This document shows, one piece after another, positions 43,165-51,902 of a stretch of 64,000 nucleotides of DNA. Within the stretch, counting starts at the first letter, position 1; each line of letters starts with the position of its first letter. Made by a program: the position numbers and the translations under genes. The stretch is from an uncultured Pseudomonadota bacterium (GTDB lineage Bacteria > Oederibacteriota > Muellerivitia > Muellerivitales > Muellerivitaceae), in assembly GCA_963770835.1 (NCBI GenBank), contig CAVYRH010000002.1, forward strand, positions 64,001 to 128,000, in the 5' to 3' direction. The notes beneath the pieces were generated by a model. The model searched no databases. It worked only from the letters and a program-made list of their open reading frames with translations, and had not been told where the DNA came from.

Positions 43165-44063
43165 TCAAGGTGCGTCGGCAACATCCGGCTTTCCCTTTCG
43201 TATTCGGGCGCTCACCATGCTCTTGGCGATCAGGGTTAAAACGGCCAGGAAGGTCAAAAGGGACGCCACGGCAAAAGCCGCCGTGAAATTGTAATCGTTA
43301 TAAAGGATTTCCACGTGCAGGGGCAGGGTGTTGGTCAGGCCCCGGATATGCCCCGAAACCACGGACACCGCCCCGAATTCCCCCATGGCCCGGGCGTTGC
43401 AAAGAATGATGCCATAAAGAAGGCCCCACTGGATATTCGGCAGGGTCACTCTCCAGAAAATCTGCGTGGCCGTTGGCGCCCAACACCATGGCCGCTTCTT
43501 CCTCTTCCGAGCCCTGTTCCTGCATGAGGGGGATCAGTTCCCGGGAAACGAAGGGAAAGGTCACGAAGATCGTGGCCAGGACGATGCCCGGGCACGGCGA
43601 AAATGATTTGGATGTTGTGGTCCTTCAGCCAATGCCCCATCAGCCCCTGCAGCCCGAACAAAAGAACGTAAATCAACCCCGAAACCACGGGCGAAACCGT
43701 AAAAGGAAGGTCGATCAGGGTGATCAGGAGGTTCTTGCCCGGGAAATTGGAATTTGGTGATGGCCCAGGCCGAGGCCAAGCCGAAGACGGAATTGAAAAA
43801 AATCGAAAAGAAAGCCGTGATCAGGGTCAACTTGATGGCGGACAAGTGCGTCGGGTTCCCGGATGGCGTCGAAGTAATAGGCAGATCCCCTTATCCAGGG
43901 CGGAAGTGAAAACCTGGGCCAAGGGTACTAATAGGAACAGGGCGATAAAAAGCAGGGCCACGGAGGTCAAGGTCCACCGGACCCAACGAGGCTCGGTAAG
44001 GGCCCGGGCTGGGTCCGATAATCGGTCGCCTTTTAAGCTGAGGATGAGTGTTTCTTTCGTCAC
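43165..44063 (-). CDS. cysW: Sulfate ABC transporter permease CysW (frameshifted as given)
   Basis: Fragments: [66 protein letters not shown]. Confidence 0.9.
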
Positions 44064-44086
44064 GTCTCCGCCTTTTCTATTACTTA

Positions 44087-44177
44087 CCTGCGAACTGCCG
44101 ACTGGTTTTTTTCCTCGTGTCTTTCGCTTTTTCTGTTCCTTGCCTGCGAACTGCCAACCGTCGACTGCCGACTGGTT
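44087..44177. repeat. Heptamer-unit direct repeats between cysT and cysW
   Basis: CCTGCGAACTGCCGACTGGTT (44087-44107) recurs at 44143-44177 with two extra 7-nt units. Confidence 0.6.
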
Positions 44178-45009
44178 CTAATGAATCCGGTGCAGGCCGG
44201 TGCGCGACTGCAGCCAGTTGATGGTCAATAAAAGCGTAAAGGAAATCACCAGCATCACCACCCCGATGGAGGTGGCTCCCGCGTAATCGTATTGTTCCAG
44301 TTTGGTGATGATCAAAAGGGGCGTGATTTCGGTCTTCATGGGCATGTTGCCGGCGATGAACACCACCGAGCCGTATTCCCCCACCGCCCGGGCAAAGGCC
44401 AGGGAAAAACCCGTGATCCAGGCCGGCACCAAGGTGGGCAGGACCACCCGCGTGACGGTGTACCAGCGGTTCGCCCCCAGGCTGACCGCCGCTTTTTCCA
44501 TTTCGGGGTCCAGGGACTCCAATACGGGCTGAAGGGTCCGCACGACGAAGGGCAATCCGATGAAGGTCAGGGCCACCACCACGCCCAGGGGCGTATAGGC
44601 CACTTTGATTCCCAGGGGCTCCAAGCGGCTCCCGATCCAACCGTTCGGCGCGTAAATCGCCGTCAAGGTAATACCCGCCACCGCCGTTGGCAGGGCAAAG
44701 GGCAGGTCTACCATGGCATCGATTAGTTTTTTGCCCGGAAACTCGTAACGCACCAACACCCAAGCCACGATTACCCCAAAGATGGAATTGATGACCGCGC
44801 CGATGAAGGAAGCTCCGAAGGTCAGCTTATAGGAGGCCATGACGCGGGGGCCGGTTACTTCCGAGAGGAATTGGGCCCAGGTCAGGGTGGTGGACTTTAG
44901 AGATGAGGGCGGCCAGGGGGATGAGGACGATCAGGCTCAAATAAGTCAGGGTAAATCCCATGGTCAGGCCGAAACCCGGCAACACACCGACGGATTTCAT
45001 TTTTTTCAT
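44178..45009 (-). CDS. cysT: Sulfate ABC transporter permease CysT (frameshifted near the N-terminus)
   Basis: VLPGFGLTMG.TL.YLSLIVLIPL, DLPFALPTAVAG, FARAVGEYGSVVFIAGN, KLEQYDY motifs. Confidence 0.93.
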
Positions 45010-45278
45010 TTCCCGCTTCTTTCCCAGCCCCTCAATAATTCACGAATGGCCTGGATGGCCTCGGATGCGTCCTCGCCCTCGGCCGAAAACTCCAGTACCG
45101 TACCATAAATGGCGCCGATGGTTAAGAGTTCCAAAAGGCTCTTGGCATTTACTGCCCTCAACCCGTTGGAAACACGAATGTTGCTTTTAAAACGGCAGGC
45201 CGTTTTGGCTAATTGGGCTCCCGCTCTCAAGTGCATCCCCAAGCGGTGAAGAATCGGAATTTTTTCAATGACACTCAT
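45006..45278 (-). CDS. HPr family phosphocarrier protein
   Basis: GMHLR (His15), VNAKSLL (Ser46), AEGEDA..A motifs; 90 aa from ATG 45278; stop overlaps the cysT start (ATGA). Confidence 0.88.
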   Translation of the reverse strand: MSVIEKIPILHRLGMHLRAGAQLAKTACRFKSNIRVSNGLRAVNAKSLLELLTIGAIYGTVLEFSAEGEDASEAIQAIRELLRGWERSGK

Positions 45279-45397
45279 ATGATTCCCTCGAACCTTTAAA
45301 AAAGGTTCACTATGGGTTAGGTGGATTTCCATGGATTCCTCGAACATCGGATCGTTTGAGGGGCCGGCTAAATCGACGCCCCTTCATTTCTCCGGTT

Positions 45398-46426
45398 TCA
45401 TTTCATCCCCGTCTGATAAATCTGGTCGAAAACCCCCCCATCGCCGAAATAAGTTGGTTGGGCTTTTTTCCAGCCGCCGAACAGCTTGTCGACGGTGAAT
45501 AAGTTTGATCTTCGGGAACTGCTTGGCGTATTTGGCCGCCACCTTCTTGTCCCGGGGCCGGTAGTAATTGCGCGCGGCGACTTCCTGGCCCTTCCTTCGT
45601 GTACAGGTAATTCAAGTAGGCCTTGGCCAATTCGGTGGTCCCGTGCTTCTCGGTGTTTTTGTCCACCCAGGCCACCGTAGGCTCGGCCAGGATGCTGACC
45701 GAAGGATTCACAATCTCGAACTGGCCCTTGCCGAGTTCATTCACGGCCAAGTAGGCCTCATTTTCCCAGGCGATCAAGACGTCGCCGATTCCCCGCTCCA
45801 CGAAGGTGGTAGTGGAACCCCGCGCGCCCGAATCCAGGACCGCCACGTTCTGGTAAAGCTTGGTCACGAATTCCCGGGCTTTGTCCTCAGTCCCGTACTT
45901 CTTCAAGGCATAACCCCAGGCCGCCAGGAAATTCCAGCGGGCCCCGCCGGAGGTCTTGGGGTTGGGCGTGATGACCGAAACGTCCGGCCTCACCAGGTCG
46001 TCCCAATCCTTGATGTCCTTCGGGTTCCCCGTCCTCACCAAAAGCACGATGGTGGAGGTATAGGGCGCGCTGTTGTCGGGCAGGCGGGTCTGCCAGTCCT
46101 CCGGCAGCAGCTGGGCCTTGGTGGCGATGGCGTCGATATCCCCCGCATATGCCCAAGGTGGCCACATCGGCCTCCAGCCCGTCGATGATGGCGCGGGCCT
46201 GCTTGCCCGAGCCCCCGTTGGAGACGTTCACGGTCAAATCCTGGCCCGTTTCTTTCTTCCAGTACTCGGCGAAGACCTTGTCATAGTCCTCGTAAAGCTC
46301 CCGGGTCGGGTCATAGGACACGTTCAGGATCTGGGCCGGCCCCGCCGGGGCGCCCTGGGCGTGAACCCAAGGAGCCGGCTGCGAGGTTGATCAGAAATAA
46401 CGCAGTAAAAAATTTCTTTTCTTCAT
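45398..46426 (-). CDS. sbp: Sulfate ABC transporter substrate-binding protein (frameshifted as given)
   Basis: [56 protein letters not shown] motifs; signal peptide at ATG 46426. Confidence 0.92.
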
Positions 46427-46439
46427 GATATCTCCTTGG

Positions 46440-47936
46440 TTAAAAGTTGGCCTGGGCCCGGACCGTGAAGACATCCTCCGGCAAAAGGCTGGCCAGCGCT
46501 TCGGCCACACCGGAGTACCTGGGCCCCCTCCACGAAATCCGTCTCTTCCCAGTCGAAGACCAGTTTGAAATGGGGGTTGAAAATCCAGTTCAGGCCCGCC
46601 CCGAAAGCCGTGGCTTGCTGGGCCGAATTGGTGGCCGCTAAGTTGGATGCCGCCGTCGCGCTGAAGGCGTTCGGGTCGATGCGTCAGTTGGTGCACGCGC
46701 ACCGCCACTTCCAAGGCGCCCCAATGGCCCTTGCGCAGGTCCAAATCCTTATCCGCGATGGCACCCTGGTAAGGAAGCCTTTCCGCCGATGACCCAGGAA
46801 GCCCGCCAACTGCCAGGCCTGGTTGGCCACATTGACGGCGTTCGCCTTGCTGGTGCCCACGTCCTGGGTCGACTGCACGTATTCCCCCAATAGCCCGAAG
46901 GGGCCGTTGGAGTAGTAGAGCCTGCGGGGAGCAATGGTAGAAATCGCCCTGGGGCGAAACGCCCGTGCGGTAGGCAAAGAACTGTTGCTGCCCCAGGGAA
47001 GTGACGAAGTAATTGGGAAAGGCGTTGGTGTTCCAGTTCACATTCCAGGACCAGTCTCCCCGAAATTCCGAACCCGAGGTCTTGCAGGAAGGAATCCTCT
47101 CCCTTGAAGAGGGTCAGGAAAAGCCTGCCCGAGAGTTCCTTGCCGTTGGTCAGGCTCTGGTCGTCCGCGTTATTGGGCGTGTAGTTGTCGGGCGTCCCGG
47201 CGGTGAGGGCCACTGCGTAATTGACGCCGTTCCAGGGGCTGCCCGTGGCCTCGGCGCCCAGGTCCCGGTTGGGGACCAGGTCCGTCGGCAGGGCCCTTTC
47301 CACGAAAAGGTTATCCGTGTCGTTTTGCAGCCTTTCCAGGCCGATCGGCACCTTGAATTTTCCCGCTTGGAATTGCAGGGCAGGGTCCGCCTTGATGAAG
47401 GCATAGGCGTCCTGGATGGCGTAGCCGGTGGACCCCAATTCGGCCTGGTAGCGGAACCCCACCAAGTGGTCGAAAATGGCGATCAGGTCCAGCCTCGTTT
47501 TGCGGTTCAGGAAGGTGCTGGTGGACTTACTGGTCGTGGCCCCGGCCGCGCCCTCCTCGGGTTCGTCGGTGCTTCCGATCGGCACATAGTCGAAATAGGA
47601 CGTACTGGGCTGGAAATAGCTCCGGTAATCCTCCTGGACATTGCCCCCGATCTTGAAAATCACGTCCCCGGACGGGTCCGAAAGGTCCAGGTAGTTATGC
47701 TCGGTGGTAAGCACCACCTCGCTTTTTTCCAGCTGGTTCAGGCGGTTGTTAAGCCCCTCCACGCCTGCGAAAGGCGTCAACGCCGGCGTGGGCTGCGCCT
47801 CGTCCCCCCCTGAGGGCGTCCCAGCCGCCGCAGTGGTTTTACCGCCCGTGGAATCCTGCGCCCAAGACCTTGCCGAACTAAGAATCCCAACCAAAACCAA
47901 GACAGCTAAAGCAAATACCGACTTTCGACTTTTCAT
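46440..47936 (-). CDS. OprO/OprP-like anion-selective porin (frameshifted in the C-terminal part)
   Basis: Signal peptide; DAY, GKFKVPIGLERLQ, FVERALPT.LVPNRDLG motifs; GLNW strand; ends in RAQANF with a C-terminal Phe. Confidence 0.8.
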
Positions 47937-48053
47937 GACAAACCCCTTTTATTTTATTTACCCTTTTTGTATCGCGGAGGGTTTCCGCTCGGGGTCTTCG
48001 GAATAATCCGACCCCGCTTCTTCAGCGGGCCGGGATATAAGATATCTCGAAGA

Positions 48054-48122
48054 CCGCTTTAGCGCCCTGTTTGGTTTCTTTCGAAACACCGGTCGGGGCA
48101 AGTTGGCAATTAAATCCCACCG
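48054..48122 (-). ncRNA. SAM-II-like riboswitch (copy C), upstream of the porin gene
   Basis: Minus strand CGGTGG-GATTTAA-TTGC-CAACTTGC-CCCGACCG-hairpin-AAACAGGGC-GCTAAAGCGG; contains the SAM-II core GNUUU, UUGC and GCUAAA. Confidence 0.75.
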
Positions 48123-48170
48123 TAAAACTTTTAAACTCCGAACTTCTTACACCTCCCAAAATAATCTTGA

Positions 48171-48264
48171 ACCACCAAGGTCACCAAGAAAAGCAAAAAT
48201 TGAATATCGGATCTTCAGCATATAAGAATCTTTGCCTTTAGTCTTTCTTGGTGACCTTGGTGGT
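48171..48264. repeat. Perfect 21-bp inverted repeat (REP-like)
   Basis: ACCACCAAGGTCACCAAGAAA (48171-48191) / TTTCTTGGTGACCTTGGTGGT (48244-48264). Confidence 0.8.
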
Positions 48265-48287
48265 GAAAAAAGTTTAGCTTTTGCCTT

Positions 48288-48956
48288 TTAATTCGAATGC
48301 ACCGTTTCCTTCGCCTGGCCCTTGTTCGGCTGGGGCGTCAAGCGCAGGTAAGGCCTCACCGCCTTGTAACCCTTCGGGAAACGTTCCTTCAGTTCCTTCT
48401 CGTCCTTCAAGGCCGGGACGATGACCACGTCATCCCCGTCCTTCCAATTCACCGGGGTAGCGACCTTGTAATTGTCCGTCAATTGCAAGGAATCGATGAC
48501 TCGCAGGATTTCGTTGAAATTGCGGCCCGTGCTGGCCGGGTAGGTGATGGTGGCGCGGACTTTCTTATCGCCATCGATGATGAAGACCGACCGGACGGTG
48601 GCGTTGGCCAGAGAGTTGGGATGGATCAGGTCGTACAGCAGCGAAACTTCGTGGTCGTGGTCCGCCAAAATCGGAAAATTCACATGGGTTTTCTGGGTCT
48701 CGTTGATGTCCGGAATCCAGCCCTTGTGGTTTTCCACCGTATCGACCGAAAGGGCGATCACCTTCACGCCCCTCTTCTCGAATTCGGGCTTCAACCGGGC
48801 CGTTTCACCCAATTCAGTGGTGCAAACGGGCGTGAAATCCGCGGGATGGGAAAACAAAACCACCCAGGACTTACCTGCCCATTCGTAAAAACGGATCTTC
48901 CCTTCGCTGGACTCCTGCGTGAAATCCGGCGCTACGTCTCCTAGTCTTAAAGCCAT
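48288..48956 (-). CDS. 1-Cys peroxiredoxin (Prx6, LsfA-like)
   Basis: LFSHPADFTPVCTTELG, YPASTGRNF.EILRVIDSLQL, PYLRLTPQP motifs. Confidence 0.93.
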   Translation of the reverse strand: MALRLGDVAPDFTQESSEGKIRFYEWAGKSWVVLFSHPADFTPVCTTELGETARLKPEFEKRGVKVIALSVDTVENHKGWIPDINETQKTHVNFPILADHDHEVSLLYDLIHPNSLANATVRSVFIIDGDKKVRATITYPASTGRNFNEILRVIDSLQLTDNYKVATPVNWKDGDDVVIVPALKDEKELKERFPKGYKAVRPYLRLTPQPNKGQAKETVHSN

Positions 48957-49039
48957 GACATGCCTCCTGTTTTAAATGTTCACCTTTTTTGGTTTCCCAA
49001 AAACCTTGCGGTGAAATTGTTTGTATGCGGCCGGGATAC

Positions 49040-49077
49040 AAAAAAACCCGAGACCGCTTTGGTGGCGGCTCGGGTTT
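49040..49077 (-). terminator. Intrinsic terminator of riboswitch copy B
   Basis: Minus strand AAACCCG-AGCCGC-loop-GCGGTCT-CGGGTTTTTTT. Confidence 0.85.
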
Positions 49078-49099
49078 CCGAATTTCTGGAAAGCAGGCG

Positions 49100-49233
49100 C
49101 CGCTTTAGCTCCCTGTTCATTAATTTCCTAAGAATCTCCCAGGAAACCAACCCGGCCGGGGCAAGTTGACGAAAACCCTTGTTTTTCAGCGGTTTCCGGG
49201 GTCCCTCTCGGAACCCGCATTAAAGCCTCGCCG
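49100..49233 (-). ncRNA. SAM-II-like riboswitch with long inserted loops (copy B)
   Basis: Minus strand CGGCGAG-GCTTTAA-[long hairpin insert]-CAACTTGC-CCCGGCCG-[hairpin]-GAACAGGGA-GCTAAAGCGG. Confidence 0.7.
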
Positions 49234-49260
49234 TACATCCAATGAGAAAACACCCGTAAA

Positions 49261-49297
49261 ACAAAAAACCCGGGCCGCTTTTAGGCGGTCCGGGTTT
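49261..49297 (-). terminator. Intrinsic terminator of riboswitch copy A
   Basis: Minus strand AAACCCGG-ACCGC-loop-GCGG-CCCGGGTTTTTTGT. Confidence 0.85.
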
Positions 49298-49320
49298 AGG
49301 AGGTGTCTCTTAAACTTTAA

Positions 49321-49390
49321 CCGCTTTAGCTCGCTGTTCGACCCCTTTCAGGAATCACGCCGGAGCAAGTTGGAACTTAAAGCCCGCGTT
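49321..49390 (-). ncRNA. SAM-II-like riboswitch (copy A)
   Basis: Minus strand ACGCGG-GCTTTAA-GTTC-CAACTTGC-TCCGGCGT-[GATTCC/GGGGTC hairpin]-GAACAGCGA-GCTAAAGCGG. Confidence 0.75.
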
Positions 49391-49400
49391 CAATGTTGGA

Positions 49401-49429
49401 ACTGTACCGAACTGCCTTTTCAATGTCAA
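49401..49429 (-). promoter_or_regulatory. sigma70 promoter of the sulfur operon leader
   Basis: Minus strand TTGACA-N17-TACAGT, about 10 nt upstream of riboswitch copy A. Confidence 0.75.
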
Positions 49430-49437
49430 TAGAACTT

Positions 49438-50274
49438 TTAAATTTTTTTATTCTCCTTTCCGCCCTTCTTTTTACACGAAAAAATGATCCAAAAGGCCCA
49501 GGCCCAACAAAGCAGGACCCGGAAAAGTTCTACGCGGTTGCCGTGGGCGGCGACGGTCCCCACCAGGTTGACGCTGAAATGCAGGAGGATGGCCGAAAGG
49601 ATGCTGCGGTTCGTCATGTCGTAGATCCAGGTGATCACCACGGATAATGGAATGATGGCCCCAAAGAAAAGGAAGAACCCGGCGGTGCCGAAGCCCAGGG
49701 TGGACTGATAGGCCCCTTTGAGGAAAAACAACGGGAGATGCCAGAGCCCCCATAAAAGCCCCAGGATCAAGCTGGCCTTCAGTGAACCGTGCCGGGCCCG
49801 CAGGCGGTCCAAGGCGTAGCCCCGCCAACCCAGTTCCTCGGGAACGGGCCCGAACAAAAACATGAAGATGAGAAATAGGAGGGTCCCCAAAACTACGGAG
49901 AAGTGTTGGGTGAAAAAGTTGAGGGTCGTCAAATCCAGCTTTATGCCACCGCCCCTCAGGGTCTTATCCATCCAGCCCGCCGGCAATGTCAGTAGCGGAA
50001 CCGTCAGGAGGGACAAAAACCAACCCCGGAAACCCAAGCGCTTCCAATCCACGACCCGGAGCCAGTAATCCCGCCGGACTTTATCCCCGCCCTCCCGATA
50101 GGTGAAATAGACGCCGAAAACCATGGGGCCGACCCCGCCCAGGGCAAAACCCAATTGGGTGATCAGGTGGGTGGCATCCGGCGCCCAGAGGGCGGTGGGA
50201 ATCCAGAAAGCCCAGCTCCAGGTGAATGTGAGGGCGAAGAAAAGCCAGGGGGATGTTGAACTCGATTTTTTCAT
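49438..50274 (-). CDS. CPBP (CAAX/Abi) intramembrane metalloprotease
   Basis: EELGWRGY, WGLWHLP and AILLH..N motifs. Confidence 0.9.
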   Translation of the reverse strand: MKKSSSTSPWLFFALTFTWSWAFWIPTALWAPDATHLITQLGFALGGVGPMVFGVYFTYREGGDKVRRDYWLRVVDWKRLGFRGWFLSLLTVPLLTLPAGWMDKTLRGGGIKLDLTTLNFFTQHFSVVLGTLLFLIFMFLFGPVPEELGWRGYALDRLRARHGSLKASLILGLLWGLWHLPLFFLKGAYQSTLGFGTAGFFLFFGAIIPLSVVITWIYDMTNRSILSAILLHFSVNLVGTVAAHGNRVELFRVLLCWAWAFWIIFSCKKKGGKENKKI

Positions 50275-50412
50275 AGGTGTCTCATGGATCGTCCTATAGT
50301 TTATGGGAACCCCCTCCAGAATGGCCAACCGGGTTTTGTTGCAAAACGGTTTCAAGGCCTTTAACCTGCCGGGTGGGCTTTTAGCTCACGTTTTAATTTT
50401 CCCGGAAAAGAA

Positions 50413-51036
50413 ATGATAAAAAAACATTTTCTTTTAAAAACCTTCGTCTTTTGGTTTTGCCTTACCACGGCACAAGCCGCCCAAGTCGGTGAACCCGCCC
50501 CGGCCTTCACGGGCAAGGACACCCACGGAAAAACCCATCAGCTTTCCGGTTACCAGGGCAAGTTCGTGGTATTGGAATGGCACAACCACGACTGCCCTTT
50601 CACGATGAGCCAGTACAAAGGCAAGATGCAAAAACTCCAGCAGGAATGGACGGGCCGGGGCGTTATATGGTTAAGGGTGATTTCCTCAGCGCCCGGTAAG
50701 GAAGGTTACGTAACGGCCAAAAGGGCCAACCTGGACGCGGTCCGGAACGGTACCGCCGCCACCGCCACCCTCTTAGACCCAGAGGGTGTTATCGGGCACG
50801 CCTATGGAGCCAAGACCACACCCCATATGTTCATCATCGACCCCAAGGGAACCCTGATTTATGACGGCGCGGCGGACAACGCGCCTTTGGAGGATGGAAT
50901 GTCGGAACACACGGGGGATGGAAAGCCTTATGTGAATTATGTGGATCAGGCGCTTCAGGATGCCACCTCGGGGCGGGATGTTTTAATCAAAACAACGGTC
51001 CCTTACGGCTGCGGCGTCAAATACAAGAATCCCTAA
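50413..51036 (+). CDS. Exported thioredoxin-fold redoxin (AhpC/TSA-like)
   Basis: Signal peptide; VGEPAPAF, VVLEW.N.DCPF, YGAKTTPHMFIID, PYGCGVKY motifs. Confidence 0.88.
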   Translation: MIKKHFLLKTFVFWFCLTTAQAAQVGEPAPAFTGKDTHGKTHQLSGYQGKFVVLEWHNHDCPFTMSQYKGKMQKLQQEWTGRGVIWLRVISSAPGKEGYVTAKRANLDAVRNGTAATATLLDPEGVIGHAYGAKTTPHMFIIDPKGTLIYDGAADNAPLEDGMSEHTGDGKPYVNYVDQALQDATSGRDVLIKTTVPYGCGVKYKNP

Positions 51037-51054
51037 AGGGTTGGGCCTACAGGG

Positions 51055-51375
51055 CTACTTTTTATATTTCTTCAACAGTTCCTTGGCTGGAATCGCCTTG
51101 TTTTGACGTGTGGTGCGCTCGGCGATCGCCTCGATCTCCTTGGCTTCTTCAGGCGTCGGCTTGATGAAAGTCAGCTCCGCATGGTCGGCCACGGCGCGAT
51201 AGACGATGTCGGCGATCTTCTTGGCCAGGGGATGGTGGCCGAATTCCTCACTCAAAGCCTGGGCCACGGCATGGTCGATGAACTGGTTGATGCTTTTGTA
51301 ATGCAACTTGTTCTTCACCAGGCTTTCCAGCTTATGTTTCCCCATTCTCGGCCGGTAACTGATGACGCCTTCCAT
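51055..51375 (-). CDS. Putative antitoxin / ribbon-helix-helix protein
   Basis: Strand-helix-helix pattern (VISYR...YKSINQFIDHAV) and C-terminal IPAKELL motif like ParD/RelB-type antitoxins. Confidence 0.5.
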   Translation of the reverse strand: MEGVISYRPRMGKHKLESLVKNKLHYKSINQFIDHAVAQALSEEFGHHPLAKKIADIVYRAVADHAELTFIKPTPEEAKEIEAIAERTTRQNKAIPAKELLKKYKK

Positions 51376-51436
51376 AAGAACCCCCGGGCCCCTGCTGGCG
51401 GGCACGGTTTAATTGTATGCCCGATGTATGCTTTTT

Positions 51437-51739
51437 TCAAGGAGGATGGGGGGCGGGGCTCTTGGGTCGAAAACGGGTGATCAGGACCCTCTCGACGGCC
51501 TGGCTTTTACCGTAATAGATCCTGCCTTGGATATCAAAGGGGATATGGTGGTCGGACTTGAAGACGTCCCCGCCCAGGCGGCGGTGGATATCCAGCCAGT
51601 CCTCGGGTGGAAAATGGACCAGGTCCTCCAGGTACCGGCGGGCCCAATCCCGCAAAATGGGCCTGGCCTGTTGTTGGAGATCCTTAAACTCCTTTTCCGC
51701 TTCGGGGCTGAACAGGATTTCCACTTCGGCGCGCTTCAT
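51437..51739 (-). CDS. Putative RelE/ParE-fold toxin
   Basis: 100 aa; EILFSPEAEKEFKDL start, RIYY and VLITR strands. Confidence 0.5.
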   Translation of the reverse strand: MKRAEVEILFSPEAEKEFKDLQQQARPILRDWARRYLEDLVHFPPEDWLDIHRRLGGDVFKSDHHIPFDIQGRIYYGKSQAVERVLITRFRPKSPAPHPP

Positions 51740-51902
51740 AGGCGTCCCCTTCTCCCGGCCGGAAGAACCTTTTCAGGGGCTTGAGGAGGCCAGGAGAAAA
51801 GTATACGCTTGTATTCTTTTTATTTTCAAGTGGATTTCGAATCCAAGATAAACTTTTTTGGGAAAAAACAGGACGGAAACCTTGCGGTTTTTAGGCGGAA
51901 AA

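Noticed and set aside
48054..49390. CRISPR or simple repeat interpretation of the recurring CCGCTTTAGC motif
   Set aside because: Irregular spacing, covarying stems and linked terminators fit riboswitches; no cas genes.
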